A stretch of DNA of 64,000 nt from Octopus sinensis (lineage: Eukaryota), in the NCBI RefSeq assembly GCF_006345805.1, contig NC_042998.1:21204001-21268000 (forward strand). Direction: 5' to 3'. The stretch's first letter is position 1. The number at the start of each line of letters is the position of its first letter. A model generated the notes under the pieces. The model did no database searches and had not been told where the DNA came from. It worked only from the letters and a program-made list of their open reading frames with translations. Position numbers and translations under genes: made by a program. Shown here piece by piece: positions 36,882-49,751 of the stretch.

Positions 36882-37273
36882 TCTCTCTATATATAAAGCT
36901 GAAGTTGTCTGTGTATGGCAGGTTTGGTAGCCTTCAACTAACACTATCTCCTCCGAGACCCTGCGGCGCAAGTTGACCAAAATTGAGTGTGTGATAGAAA
37001 AAGGCTTGCTCTTCCTTCCGTAGAAGAAAGAATTCAAATCGGACCATGTTAACACCAAAAATTATTTACATCAAAAAGGTGCTTTTTTTCTTTGAAAATC
37101 CCTATTTTTTACGATTCTTTGACTGCTGTGTCGCCATTTTTCGGTGTATTTCAACCAGAAAAATGTTCACTTAAAGAAAATAACAAGCTACGTAATGCAA
37201 AATTTTTACTTTTAAAAAATTCTAATTCTAAAAGATCGAAACAAACTCGAGCAACGCCGGGCGATACTGCTAG
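36882..37273 (+). mobile_element. Non-autonomous Helitron (interior type A)
   Basis: A|TCTCTCTATATATAAAGCTGAAGTTG start; hairpin + CTAG|T end. Confidence 0.82.
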
Positions 37274-37325
37274 TTAATTTATAAAATTAAAATTATGAGA
37301 TGAAACTTAGTAGTAAATATATACC

Positions 37326-37558
37326 TATTTCTTTATTACCCACAAGGGGCTAAACACAGAGGGGACAAACAAGGACAGACATAGGTATTAAGTCGATTAC
37401 ATCGACCCAAGTGTGTAACTGGGACTTAAGTTGTCGACCCCGAAAGGATGAAAGGCAAAGTCGACCTCGGCGGAATTTGAACTCACAACGTAACGCAGAC
37501 GAAATACCGCTAAGCATTTCGCCCGGCGTGCTAACGTTTCTGCCAGCTCGGCGCCTTA
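37326..37558 (-). mobile_element. S2 SINE with 15-bp target-site duplication
   Basis: TAGTAAATATATACC at 37311-37325 and 37559-37573. Confidence 0.92.
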
Positions 37559-37986
37559 TAGTAAATATATACCGATTAGTAATACATGTTGAGATAACGG
37601 CTATAAGCAATTAACTGATAGCATATATACAAAAGATGTCGGTTAAAGGAGGCCTCCATCTAACACTGAGGGAGAAGGCAGTGTATATTTTGCGTCTTAA
37701 ATAAAGAAGAGATTAATATAATATCAAAGGGTATTGAGAAGAAGGAAAAGAAAAAGGAAAAAAAAGGGGGCAGAAAAACGCAGGTATATATAAATATATA
37801 ATAATGCCATATAATATCATATTTATCATCTAAAATACTGCAATACAAAAAAAATTTGAAGATATAAAATTTAAGTTAAATAGAAGCAAACAGTCGCAAA
37901 TTATGTATTAACCGAATTTATCAGAAAGGGAAAAATAAATTCTAAATATAATAATAATAATAATAATGATAATATTAATAATAATA

Positions 37987-38040
<54 letters not shown>

Positions 38041-38054
38041 TAATAATAATAATA

Positions 38055-38440
38055 ATAAAATGCTTTCTAATTGATGTATCAATACCGGCAGATGACAACG
38101 TGTCTCTAAAAGAAATGGAGAAACTCTCAAAATACAAAGACCTGGAAATAGAGGTAACCAGAATTTGGAATCTAAAAACAGAAACAATTCCTATCATAGT
38201 AGGTGCATTAGGCATGATAAAAAAATATTCAGATAAATACATAACAAAAACACCAGGACTTACAAACACATATAACATACAGAAAATTGCACTACTAGGC
38301 ACTGCACACATCCTACGCAGAACACTTTCCATACAATAACCATCAGAGCATCACAACAAATCACAACACATACCCAAGGCACACAGAGCTGCGTTCGGTA
38401 GTGAAGTGAAAGCACGCTATAAAAATAAAACTACTGAATA
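38055..38440 (+). mobile_element. R4/Dong-type (restriction-like endonuclease) non-LTR retrotransposon 3' end within (TAA)n
   Basis: CFLIDVSIP..EKLSKYKDL..IPIIVGALG..QKIALLGTAHILRRTL*, 3' UTR, (AAT)n on both sides. Confidence 0.85.
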
Positions 38441-38874
38441 ATAATAATAATAATAATGATGATAATAATAATAATAATAATCGCTTATTGTTTATGTTTA
38501 TAATAATGATGCAATAAAATTTAATTTAAATAAATAAATGAATAGATTTATGTTTTTTATATGTGTATACAATAACTACTATATAATATGTCTACTCAGA
38601 TAGAATTATATAGATATATGATTATCCCCTTAATTAAGAGCGGTAGAATCCCTGCATACATGTAGCTATATATCTTTTTTTAAATCCTGGGTAATCATTA
38701 ACTTCTTTATTTATTCTCGATTGTTTTTTATTTTTATTTATTTTTATTTTATATTTTATTTTATATTATATGTTATTTAGTACTAAAATGTGCCAATTTA
38801 ATAGCATATGGAGCTATCATTGGGATGTTACTCTGTACTCTTATTAGCAATAATCTCTATGCATTCGATTTAAA

Positions 38875-39230
38875 CACTACCAACCACATGGTTCCGAGTT
38901 CAGTCCCACTGCGTGATACCTTTGGCATGTGTCTTCTACTATAGCCTCGGGTCGACCAAAGCCTTGTGAGTGGATTTGGTAAGACGGAAACTGAAAGAAG
39001 CCCGTCGTATATATGTATGTGCATATGTTTGTATGTCTGTGTTTGTCCATCCCTCCGCCAACATTGCTTGACAACCGATGCTGGTGTGTTTACGTCGTCG
39101 TAACTTAGCGGTTCGGAAAAAGCGACCGATAGAATAAGTACTAGGCTTACAAAGAATAAGTCCTGGGGTCAATTTGCTCAACTAAAGACGGTGCTCCAGC
39201 ATGGCAACAGTCAAATGACTGAAGCAAAAG
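38875..39230 (+). mobile_element. S1 SINE (head truncated)
   Basis: Matches S1 body and tail. Confidence 0.8.
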
Positions 39231-39506
39231 AGTAGACTAACCACCAGTGTGACTGAATATTTAGAACGACCATTACTTGTACATCTAAGTGGATTAAAAT
39301 ACATCTAAATCATTAACACTCCAAGTCTATCCCACCGTCCCCACAAGAGCCAGTGTAACCCTTATTGTAACTATAAAGCCATTTGAACCCTAGGCTAATA
39401 TTCTATAATTTAATTACCTGTTATAATTACATTGAACCATCTAGTTGCTTACGTTCCCTAAGTAATACCTGTATCGTAACATGAACACTTTCTGCTTATA
39501 TCCAGA

Positions 39507-39897
39507 CTAGCAGTATCGCCCGGCGTTGCTCGGATTTGTTTCGACCCTTTAGAATTGGAATTTTTGAAAAGTAAAAATTTTGCATTATGTATCTTGTTAT
39601 TCTCTTTAAGTGAACATTTTTCTGGTTGAAATACACCGAAAAATGGTGACACAGCAGTAAAAAAATCGTAAACAATAGGGATTTTCATAGAAAAAAAGCA
39701 CCTTTTTGATGTAAATAAAGTTTTGGTGTTAATATGATCCTATCTGAATTTTTTCTTCTACGGAAGGAAGAGCAAGCCTTCTTCTATCATACTCTCAATT
39801 TTGGTCAACTTGCGCCGCAGGGTCTCGGAGGAGATAGTGTTAGTTGAAGGCTACCAAACCTGCCATACACAGACAACTTCAGCTTTATATAGAGAGA
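39507..39897 (-). mobile_element. Non-autonomous Helitron (type A)
   Basis: Same interior and CTAG end as 36882-37273. Confidence 0.8.
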
Positions 39898-40349
39898 CCT
39901 TTGATCAAATCTCAGCCTTATTTTTAATGTATAGGAATGTATTATTCTCTAGAATTAATTGAAATACACAGTTATCTCCTTTCAACTATAATCTACTAGC
40001 CTAAAAATCGTTTTAACCCAGACACGTTCACATTAACACTTGTATTTTAGACTTTACTAGGAAACTTGTAATTATTACTCAGACCTACGTAATAGCACTC
40101 CACAAATACTACCCTATACTAGTATATGTTTTAGAGTTGCTTATCTACAAGGATGATACAAAAATCAGGCTACTTAACGACGAAAGAGTCCACTGGCGTC
40201 TGTTTATCGTTTGTTTATTCGTTAACTAAACGCCCCCTCCCCCATTTCTCCCTCTATTTCTCCCGTACCAAAATGCTCGTTGATTAGATATGTATCTCAG
40301 ATATATTAAAAAAAACAACAAAAAAACAAACAAAACACTATTCACATAC

Positions 40350-40518
40350 CCGCAGGAGTGGCTATGAGGTAAGTAGCTTGCTAACCAGCCACATGGTTCC
40401 GGGTTCAGTCCCACTGCGTGGCATCTTGGGCAAGTGTCTTCTGCTATAGCCCCGGGCCGACCAATGCCTTGTGAGTGGATTTGGTAGACGGAAACTGAAA
40501 GAAGCCTGTCGCATATAT

Positions 40519-40558
<40 letters not shown>

Positions 40559-40630
40559 TTGTGTGTCTATGTTTGTCCCCCTAGCATTGCTTGACAACCG
40601 ATGCTTGTGTGTTTATGTCCCCGTCACTTT
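40350..40630 (+). mobile_element. S1 SINE (tail truncated)
   Basis: cgcaggagtggctatgaggtaag..gtttatgtccccgtcactt. Confidence 0.8.
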
Positions 40631-40969
40631 CCTTTTGAGAGTAACTTTCTTCATCTACATACCACAAGATGGAATACCATGGATTTTATTATCAGCTAAA
40701 TTGAAGTCCTCACCTTAACTTTCCTTACTATGTCTATAATATTATTTTATTTTTTACGTCACTTTATTCTCCCCTACTCGATTTTTTTTTAACTGACTTT
40801 CATTCATGTTAGTTCTCTAACACTTGGACCCTCTGAACCTTGGACCCTAAGGGCACATCCATTATCCAGACCTTGTCTGTTCATGATTGTAAGATGGAAG
40901 ATTTTGTAGCCTTGTGGCAAAACGGCCGTACACTCATCTATTATTATTATTCATTTGTTTATATATATA

Positions 40970-41004
<35 letters not shown>

Positions 41005-41360
41005 CTAGCAGTATCACCCGGCGTTGCTCGGGTTTGTTTCAACCCTTTAGAATTGGAATTTTTGAAAAGTAAAACATTTCCATTATGTAGCTTGTTATTC
41101 TCTTTAAGTGAACATTTTTCTGGTTGAAATACACCGAAAAATGGCGACACAGAAGTCAAGAAATCATTAAAAAATAGGGATTTTCATAGAATAAAAGCAC
41201 CTTTTTGATGTCAATAATATTTGGTGTTAACATGGTCCGATTCTTCTATCATACTCTCAATTTTGGTCAACTTGCACCGCAGGGTCTCGGAGGAAAAAGT
41301 GTTAGTTGAAGGCTACCAAACCTGCCATACACCGACAACTTCAGGTTTATTTATATATAT
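41005..41360 (-). mobile_element. Non-autonomous Helitron (type A)
   Basis: ctagcagtatcacccggcgttgctcggg terminus. Confidence 0.78.
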
Positions 41361-41375
41361 ATATATATATATAAT

Positions 41376-41408
<33 letters not shown>

Positions 41409-41569
41409 TATATATAATATATATATATAAACAAATGAATAATAATAAATGAGTGTACAGGTACTAATCCCTTACGTTCGTTTTGCCTCAAGGCTACAAA
41501 ATCTTCCAAGTTAGTTATCTTCATCAAGTCAGTGATATACAATCATGAACAGACCAATAGTGGTTGACA

Positions 41570-44020
41570 ATGAGTAGGACACTGCTGTGCTCTGAAAAAC
41601 TTCGAAAAAAGGCAATACGGTAGACAATTACAGACAGATATGCTGCTTGCCACTTATGTGGAAATTATTGACTGGAATAATCGCAGAGTCAATATACGGA
41701 CATTCCGAAAAGAATGGAGTCCTGATGCATGAGCAGAAGGATTGCAAGTGTAAGTGCAGAGGTACCAGGGATAAATTCCTGGTTGACACAACTGTATTCA
41801 GAGATTGCAAGAGGAGGGAAATTAACTTAGCCATGTCTTGGATCGATTATCGTAAGGCGTACGATATGATCCTACATTATATAATATTTGATCCTATTTG
41901 GTATTGCATCGAATGTTGAGTGACTGCTTGGAGAAAGTATGGCGAGGTGGAGGACAGAACTGACAGAATATGGAAGAAGTTTAGGGACAATAGAAATCAG
42001 GAGAGGCATCTTCCAAGGGGACTGCCTATCCCGACTGATCTTTGTACTGTGCATGATACCACTAACGCTGATTCTGAGGAAAGCAAAGTCTAGGTATGTA
42101 TTCAAAAACTGCCAACAAAAGTCAACCACTTGTTATTCAGGGATGACTACAAACTTTATGTAAAGATGAATTCCAAGTCTATTCCGCCGTTGATACGGTG
42201 TATCCGTTCAGTATTGATATCAGTACTGACTTAAAAAGTGTGGTGTGTTAGACTTGAAGAGAGGCAACATAAAATGTAGGAACGGGCTAGCGATACAGTT
42301 GGAGGAGGTCATGAAGCAGATAGAGAATACGAGTTATAAGTACTTGGGGATATTGTAAATGGATAAATTGATGGAGAAAGAAATGACAGAAAAATTTAAA
42401 GTGGAGTACTTCTGTAGACTGAAACTGATCTTAAAGTTGAAATTAAACGGAAGGAATAAGATTGATGCTATCAATACCTGGGTGGTTTCACTAGTTAGAT
42501 ATGGAGCAGGGATAATCGCATGGACAGTAGACGAACTAAACAGCTTAGACAGAAAGACAAGGAAGTTGCTGACTAGATATGGGATACTCCACCCAAAACG
42601 TGAGATAGACAGACTGTATGTACCAAAGAAAAGAGGGGTAAGAGGACTGATTGGATGCGAACACAGCATTAGAGCAGAAAAAACAACAAAGCATTGTATT
42701 TAAAAATGCCACAGAACTACTATTATTGGAAGTAAGAATGTTAGGCTTGTGTAGGATGGAAGATTGCAAAGATAAAGCACTGTACAAGCACTTAAGAATG
42801 AATGAAACTGAAAATAGGTAGATAAAGAAAAGAATGCATGGACAATTTCATAGGAATATTGAAGATAAGACAGGCAGAGAAAAAAGATGGCCATGGATAA
42901 CTAAAAGTGATTTAAAACCCGAAACGGGGGCTGTAGTCTGTGTTGTCCAAGAGCAAGCATTAAGATCGAATTACATCAAATACAGAATAGACAACACAAC
43001 AGAAAGTGATAAGGGCAGATTTTGTGGACAAAATGGTGACGCTGTGTGGCATATTACCAGTCACTTTACGCCACTAGCCCGGAAAGAATATAAGAGACAT
43101 CTTTACAATACAGCAAGGATTGTCCATTGGACACTTTGCAACAAGTATGGACTTGACAGAGCAAAAAATTGGTACGAAGATAAACCCGAAGACAAATTCC
43201 ATGACTTCCAAATACAAATTCAAGAATTTGACGTAATAGAAACAAGCAGAAAAAAAGCTAAGCGTATGAAAACCCGTACTAAAACTGCTGCCTTAGATAT
43301 TCTTACGGATAAATGACAAGAAAAGCCTTTCAATGGCAAATACCCAAAGAGAACTAATAATGGCGATGTTGACAAAGCCCTTACTCACCAATGGCTAATG
43401 GCTTCTGGCTTAAAATCAGAAACAGAAGGGTTTATCACAGCAGCCTAAGATCAATGCTTACCTACAAGAAACTACCAGGCCAACATATTAAAGAACAGCA
43501 GCTTCTCAACATGTCGTGTATGTCAACAACAAGATGAAACCATTGATCATGTTGTCTTCATGTGCAGTCTTCTTGCGCCTACAGTGTATCTCAGCAGACA
43601 TGATTGAGCTGCACAATATATTCACTGAGTAATATGCAAAAACGTGGACCTACCCCATGATAAAAACTAGTAGGAACACAAACCACCTCCAGTGCTTGAA
43701 AATGATCACGTCTCACTCCTCTGGAACTTCACCATTCAAGATAGATAGACAGAAAGATTGATGCAAATAGGACATAGGACATCATATCGAAAGACTTCAG
43801 ATAAAAATTATGCCTCCTCATTGATATGACTGTCTCAATCGATATAAGCGTATCTATCAAAACCTATCAAAAACTGAGCAAGTATAAAGATCTTGAAATA
43901 GAAATTAGGAAAATGTGGAACCTGAAGACTAAAGCAATACCAGTTGTCATAGGTACCCTAAAATGATAGCGGAAGGGGCTGATTGCTACCTAGCTCAGAT
44001 ACCAGGAAACCCCAAAATGG
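41570..44020 (+). mobile_element. Two abutting degenerate R4/Dong-type LINE fragments (RT to zinc knuckle ~41570-43310; knuckle + endonuclease ~43310-44020)
   Basis: WIDYRKAYDM, RRGIFQGD, MHGQF..QEQAL, TCRVC..ETIDH, KLSKYKDLEIEI..IPVVIG; many stops and frameshifts. Confidence 0.85.
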
Positions 44021-44297
44021 CAGGCTTGGCTGTGTGGTAAGTAGCTTGCTTACCAACCACATGTTCCGGGTTCAGTCCCACTGCGTGGCACCTTGGGCAA
44101 GTGTCGTCTACTATAGCCTCGGGCCGACCATTTATTTCAGCATCTCTACCAAAATATAATCTCACAATTGTAAAGTGGTCAATCAGTAAATACACTCAAT
44201 TCACATTACACTCATCTAAAATTTGTTGATTAATTAATTTTGTGCGGATTGTACAACTTCAAAATTATCTCACGTGGAATCTAATTTCTTTTTACAG

Positions 44298-44518
44298 AGA
44301 ATGCAGACACTGAGAAACCTAACGCTAATCCACCAGGATACTATGAAAACCCTGGATTCTCACCTGCATCTGGATATCCACCACAACCTGGATATCCACC
44401 ACAACCTGGATATCCACCACAACCTGGATATCCACCACAACCTGGATATACCCCAGAATATGGTTACCCTTCACTTATTCCAGTGCAACAACAACCACAA
44501 CAACAACAAACTATTATT
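44298..44518 (+). CDS. CD225/dispanin gene exon 2: Pro/Gly/Tyr/Gln-rich N-terminal region (NADTEKPNANPPGYYENPGFSPAS-GYPPQP x4-GYTPEYGYPSLIPVQQQPQQQQTII)
   Basis: Acceptor tttctttttacAG at 44296-44297, 73 open codons from 44300, perfect donor gtaagt at 44519 (phase 0). Not in the ORF track in this frame because there is no ATG. Confidence 0.88.
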
Positions 44519-45464
44519 GTAAGTAAACATGCTTTCTTTTCATTTCAGTTTTTACTGTTTTACACCAATATATCCTAAAATTGAGATCTTATACAATTGC
44601 AGCGTGGAAGGTGTTTATAAGCCATTTAAGAAACACACAAAAACCGTTAGATTCACTTCAACATTTAAATTTAATTTGTCAAAATATTTTCTTAAATGTG
44701 TGTTTCTTAAATGGCTTATAAACACCTTCCACGCTGCAATAGTTTTCGTTCCAGCACACGATCTCAGATCAAGTCACTCGCTATGCAAGTACATCTCAGT
44801 AACTCATAAGATAAGTCATTCTGAAAATAAATCCACAACTGACAATAAGTTTGAATTATATGCGTGCCAATGGATACTATGAAAATCATACATAGCAGTA
44901 CACGGCCCAATTCCTTCTTGCACATAGGTCATCTTACTATGATTCTGATAGCCCCCGGAACATAATCATAGCCCGAAATACTATACCTTTTCATACAAGA
45001 TAATTCCAATATCACACAAGAGTTAGACACACCGGCTAATTGACTAACTCTTAATTTGTCAAAATATTTTCTTAAATGTGTGTTTCTTAAATGGCTTATA
45101 AACACCTTCCACGCTGCAATTGTTTTCGTTCCAGCACTCGATCTCAGATCCAGTCGCTCGCTATGCAAGTACATCTCTGAGATCTTATATTTAGCTGGTT
45201 TCAGTCATCCAAGTGTGACTATGCAAGCGAACTACCTTTAAGAGAATTCATACCATCATAAAATAAACGATTTATTTTATCGATGTTTATGTATTGAGTA
45301 GCCGACATTTTGTACTGAACTACCGTGCTAAGGAGAATATTAAAAGCATATGACATGCTATGCCTGTACATGTGTGCGCATATGCATGTGTGCATTTGTG
45401 CGTGCGCATGGCAGGTTTCAACCAACTAAATTCAACTGACAAGCTGTTTTTCTTTTTTTCTCCT

Positions 45465-45880
45465 TTTTTTACTACCCACAAGGAGCTAAACACAGAAGGG
45501 ACAAACAAGGACAGACAAACGGATTAAGTCGATTATATCGACCGCAGTGCGTAACGGGTACTTAATTTATCGACCTCGAAAGGATGAAAGGCAAAGTCGA
45601 CCTCGGCGGAATTTGAACTCAGAACGTAACGGCAAACGAAATACCTATTTCTTTACTACCCACAAGGGGTTAAACATAGAAGGGACAAATAAGGACAGAC
45701 AAACGGATTAAGTCGATTATATCGACCCCAGTGCGTAAGTGGTACTTAATTTATCGACCTCGAAAGGATGAAAGGCAAAGTCGACCTTGACGGAATTTGA
45801 ACTCAGAACGTAGCGACAGACGAAATACTGCTACGCACTTTGCCCGGCGTGCTAACGTTTCTGCCAGCTCGCCGCCTTCA
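45465..45880 (-). mobile_element. S2 SINE with internal duplication (intron 2)
   Basis: Reverse complement of S2. Confidence 0.85.
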
Positions 45881-46167
45881 GGACAAGCTATTTTTCAACT
45901 GAAAACTATGGCAGAGTGTCGTCTCATGTTGATCAAGGTGCTGTGGAGTAGAATAAAACCTGAAGACCTCTGGTTCTGAAGTGAATTTCTTAACTACAAA
46001 GTGATGAGAGCACCTGGAAAAGTAAAAGACTTAAATTAATCGATTTTACTTTTCCAATGAAATTAATATAACCTGGACTCAAACATGTGATGAAACTAGT
46101 AGAGGCCGGAAAGAGGGTTTAATAGAAATGGCCAAAATAGTCGGCAGAAAAACCAGGTTTTTTGGTG

Positions 46168-46500
46168 GGGAGCTGGTAGACACGTTAGCACGCCGGGCGA
46201 AATGTTTAGCGGTATTTCGTCTGCTGCTACGTTCTGAGTTCAAATTCCGCCGAGGTCCACTTTGCCTTTCATCCTTGCGGGGTCGATAAATTAAGTACCA
46301 GTTACGCACTGGGGTCGATGTAATCAACTTAATCCGTTTGTCTGTCCTTGTTTGTCGCCTCTGTGTTTAGCCCCTTGTGGGTAGATAAGAAATAGGTATT
46401 TCTTCAGTCGCTACGTTCTGAGTTCAAATTCTGCAGTGGTCGATTTTGCCTTTCACCCTTTCGGAATCGTTAAATTAAGTACCAGTCACGTACTGGGATC
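46168..46500 (+). mobile_element. S2 SINE plus partial second copy (intron 2)
   Basis: Matches S2. Confidence 0.82.
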
Positions 46501-46971
46501 GATGTAATCGACTGGTCTTCTTCCACAAAATTTAAGGCCTTGTGCCTATAGTAGAACGAATGATTATTATGACCTCCGACTTAGCGAAGGCGTGGGTATC
46601 GTGTTCAGTCTTGCTTGTTTGTTTGTCCGTGGGCAAGATACCTCAAGAACAACTGGATGGATTCGGCTGAAACTTTCAGGGCTGTTTTGCCTTATGACTG
46701 GCACAAAATGATTAGATTTTGGGATCGATCCGGTGCCGGACAAGGATTCTGGATTATTTTTCTGGTCTTTTAACTTAATTTTTGAAAGTGGTAGGGTTCA
46801 TTTTCTAGTATTCTCGTTTGTGAAAGCAGACGAGTTTATTTCCGATATTCTGATTATAAAAATCATCTCCGGCTAATCGTTGAGAGAACGTTGGTGTTGT
46901 CTTGGCGGAGATTTGCGCTCTTTGAGTGCTCTTATTATTATTATTATTATTATTATTAATATTAATATTAA

Positions 46972-47034
<63 letters not shown>

Positions 47035-47042
47035 CATTATTA

Positions 47043-47081
<39 letters not shown>

Positions 47082-47188
47082 TATAGTAGTAGTAGTATTA
47101 GTAGTAACAGTATCATCGCTGTTACCATTTTCACCCTAAGATAATTATGTTATTGCATTCATCTATTCCTTTATATCTGTTTTTGCAG

Positions 47189-47296
47189 GTAAACCAAGGA
47201 AGACAACACGTTCAAAATAATATGGCTTCGGCAGTTCTTGTCACCCTGTGCTGCTTCCTTCCGACTGGCATTGTGGCGATAATATTCGCAGACAGA
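47189..47296 (+). CDS. CD225/dispanin gene exon 3 (VNQGRQHVQNNMASAVLVTLCCFLPTGIVAIIFADR)
   Basis: Acceptor ttttgcAG, 108 nt phase 0/0, donor gtaagt at 47297. CCFLPTGIVAIIFA is the CD225 hydrophobic segment with the di-cysteine motif. Confidence 0.93.
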
Positions 47297-47677
47297 GTAA
47301 GTAGAATATGGACATTCCTTGCTAGGAAGTCCATGCGTAACCAAAAATTTGACGTATAAATATTCAACTTTTAGTGCCAAAATTATGTAAAAAGCTAGTA
47401 TTTCACTTTGAAAAGTCATGCGTTTCATAAATTTCTTAGTTTTTTATATTACAAAGCAAATAATTGAGATTCGGTATTAAACTATGATGCCAAGATTTGG
47501 GAGATCAAGTCTACTATAAGTATTTTTTGGTCACAAACTTACTGTGTTAGATTGCCGCGAAGGAGACATTGTTTCTCGCGTGTTTAGGACCGATTTATGG
47601 ATAGATAGATGGATGGAGGAATCGATGCTTTAGGAGAGGAATGAGGTTCACTACACCTAACGTGAGCTGTCAACCTT

Positions 47678-47772
47678 TCCTGCTTTCTTTCTTACTTTCT
47701 TTCTTTCCTTCTTTCCTTCTTTCTTTCTTTCTTTCTTTCCTTTTTTCTTTCTTTCTTTCCTTCTTTCCTTCT

Positions 47773-47830
<58 letters not shown>

Positions 47831-47847
47831 TTCCTTCTTTCTTTCTC

Positions 47848-47894
<47 letters not shown>

Positions 47895-47898
47895 CTCT
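47678..47898. repeat. (TTTC)n microsatellite
   Basis: Direct inspection. Confidence 0.95.
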
Positions 47899-48015
47899 CC
47901 ACACACACATCAACAAATTCATTCATATTTATTTAATGGAGAAGATTAGATGTTAAAATGGATTATAGATTTTTTATTCTTCATGAAAAATGAAAAACAT
48001 GAAAATTTAAAACTA

Positions 48016-48395
48016 CTAGCAGTATCGCCCGGCGTTGCTCGGGTTTGTTTCAACCCTTTAGAATTGGAATTTTTGAAAAGTAAGACTTTTTCATTATGTA
48101 GCTTGTTATTCTCTTTAAGTGAACATTTTCCTGGTTGAAATACACCGAAAAATGGCTACACAGCAGTAAAAAAATAGGGATTTCCATAGAAAAAAAATGC
48201 ATCTTTTTGATGTAAATAATTTTTGGTGTTAACATAGTCAGATTTTAATTTTTTCTTCTACGGAAGAGCAAGCCTTCTTCTATCATACTCTCAATTTTGG
48301 TCAACTTGCGCCTTAGGGTCTCGGAGGAGATAGTGCTAATTGAAGGCTACCAAACCTGCCATACACAGACAACTTCAGCTTTATATATATAGAGA
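48016..48395 (-). mobile_element. Non-autonomous Helitron (type A) in intron 3
   Basis: A|TC start at 48395, CTAG end at 48016. Confidence 0.82.
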
Positions 48396-48639
48396 TAATC
48401 CATTTTAACATCTAATCTCCTCCATTACATAAATATGAATGAATTTGTTGAAGTGTGTTTAACAAGTTTAAGCCATATACCGATTATTTCTATACAAGTT
48501 TTCATACTTATACAAATTAAAAAAAAGTAAATTCAAAAGTGAAGTATGAAGAAACGACATTAGAAATCTTTGGTAATTTCTCCGATTAAAGGACGATAAA
48601 AATATGTTAATAAAACATATATATATAACATATATAAAT

Positions 48640-48684
<45 letters not shown>

Positions 48685-49751
48685 AGTAGGTGAATGAATT
48701 ATCCTAGTATGGATAATTCGGTTAATCGATACCTGAGTAGCAAATTTACGTCAGAAAACACGGTTGAAGCTACATGCCAAGGGCAAAACCCCGTGTTCCT
48801 GTATGGAAATTTGTGTGTTTTTTTTATATGAATAAATGAAAAGAATGGAGTCGAACGAAGATTTTAACAAAATTCCTTTACTTTCGACACATGATTCGAT
48901 GACTGCATATTCTTAATTCCGAAGGAATAAAGTCTGCATTATGCCGTCTTCTCTTCAGGAAAGACAAGGAGCCTCTATCAGTCTCACGACAAACAAAAAC
49001 TTTTTGATGACTGCCTACATTGTGTCCACAGGGATAACGAGTGTTTTTTTAAAAAATTATCCGTTATTAGCAATGACGTCAAAATTGGTTGGAAGGAGGA
49101 AGTATTAAAAATAGGAAGGGAACAATAAGTTTGTTGTATGAATGGGGATGCGCGGGTGTTTGCTTATGTTAATAAGTGTGAGTGTTTATGTGTGTGTATG
49201 AGTGTGTGTATATAACTGCTTTTGTGTCTATGTATGTGTGTGTGTGTAATTGTGTGTGTGTGGGGGGGGGACAATTGTCAAATATATCTAGTAGTGATGT
49301 GACAAATTTGCGTCTGTGTGTTTGATTGGGCGTATGATAGAGTGAGAGAGAAAGAGAGAGAAGGGGAGATGGAAAGAGATAGAGATAAACATACGCCAAC
49401 GGTATATAGAGAGTACTGCTCCATATAACGGGTTAGAAAGAAAGAATTTGTAAAGGAATTTAAGGAATTTTGTTAAAGTCTTCGTGCGACTCCATTCTTT
49501 TCATTTATATATATATATATTTTGGCAGTGTGGTTAGTAGCATTTCGTTCGTCCGTCTTTATGTTCGAAGTTAAAATCTGCAGATATCGATTTTTACCTA
49601 TTATCCTATTATCCTTTCGGAGCCGATGAAATAACTACCAGTTGAGCACTGGAGCCCATGTAATCGACTTACTCACCATCGCAACATTTGAAACCAAAAT
49701 ATATTCGCTGCTTTTGAGGTTTATTAGCTTGTTTTCATTTTTATCTTCTAG

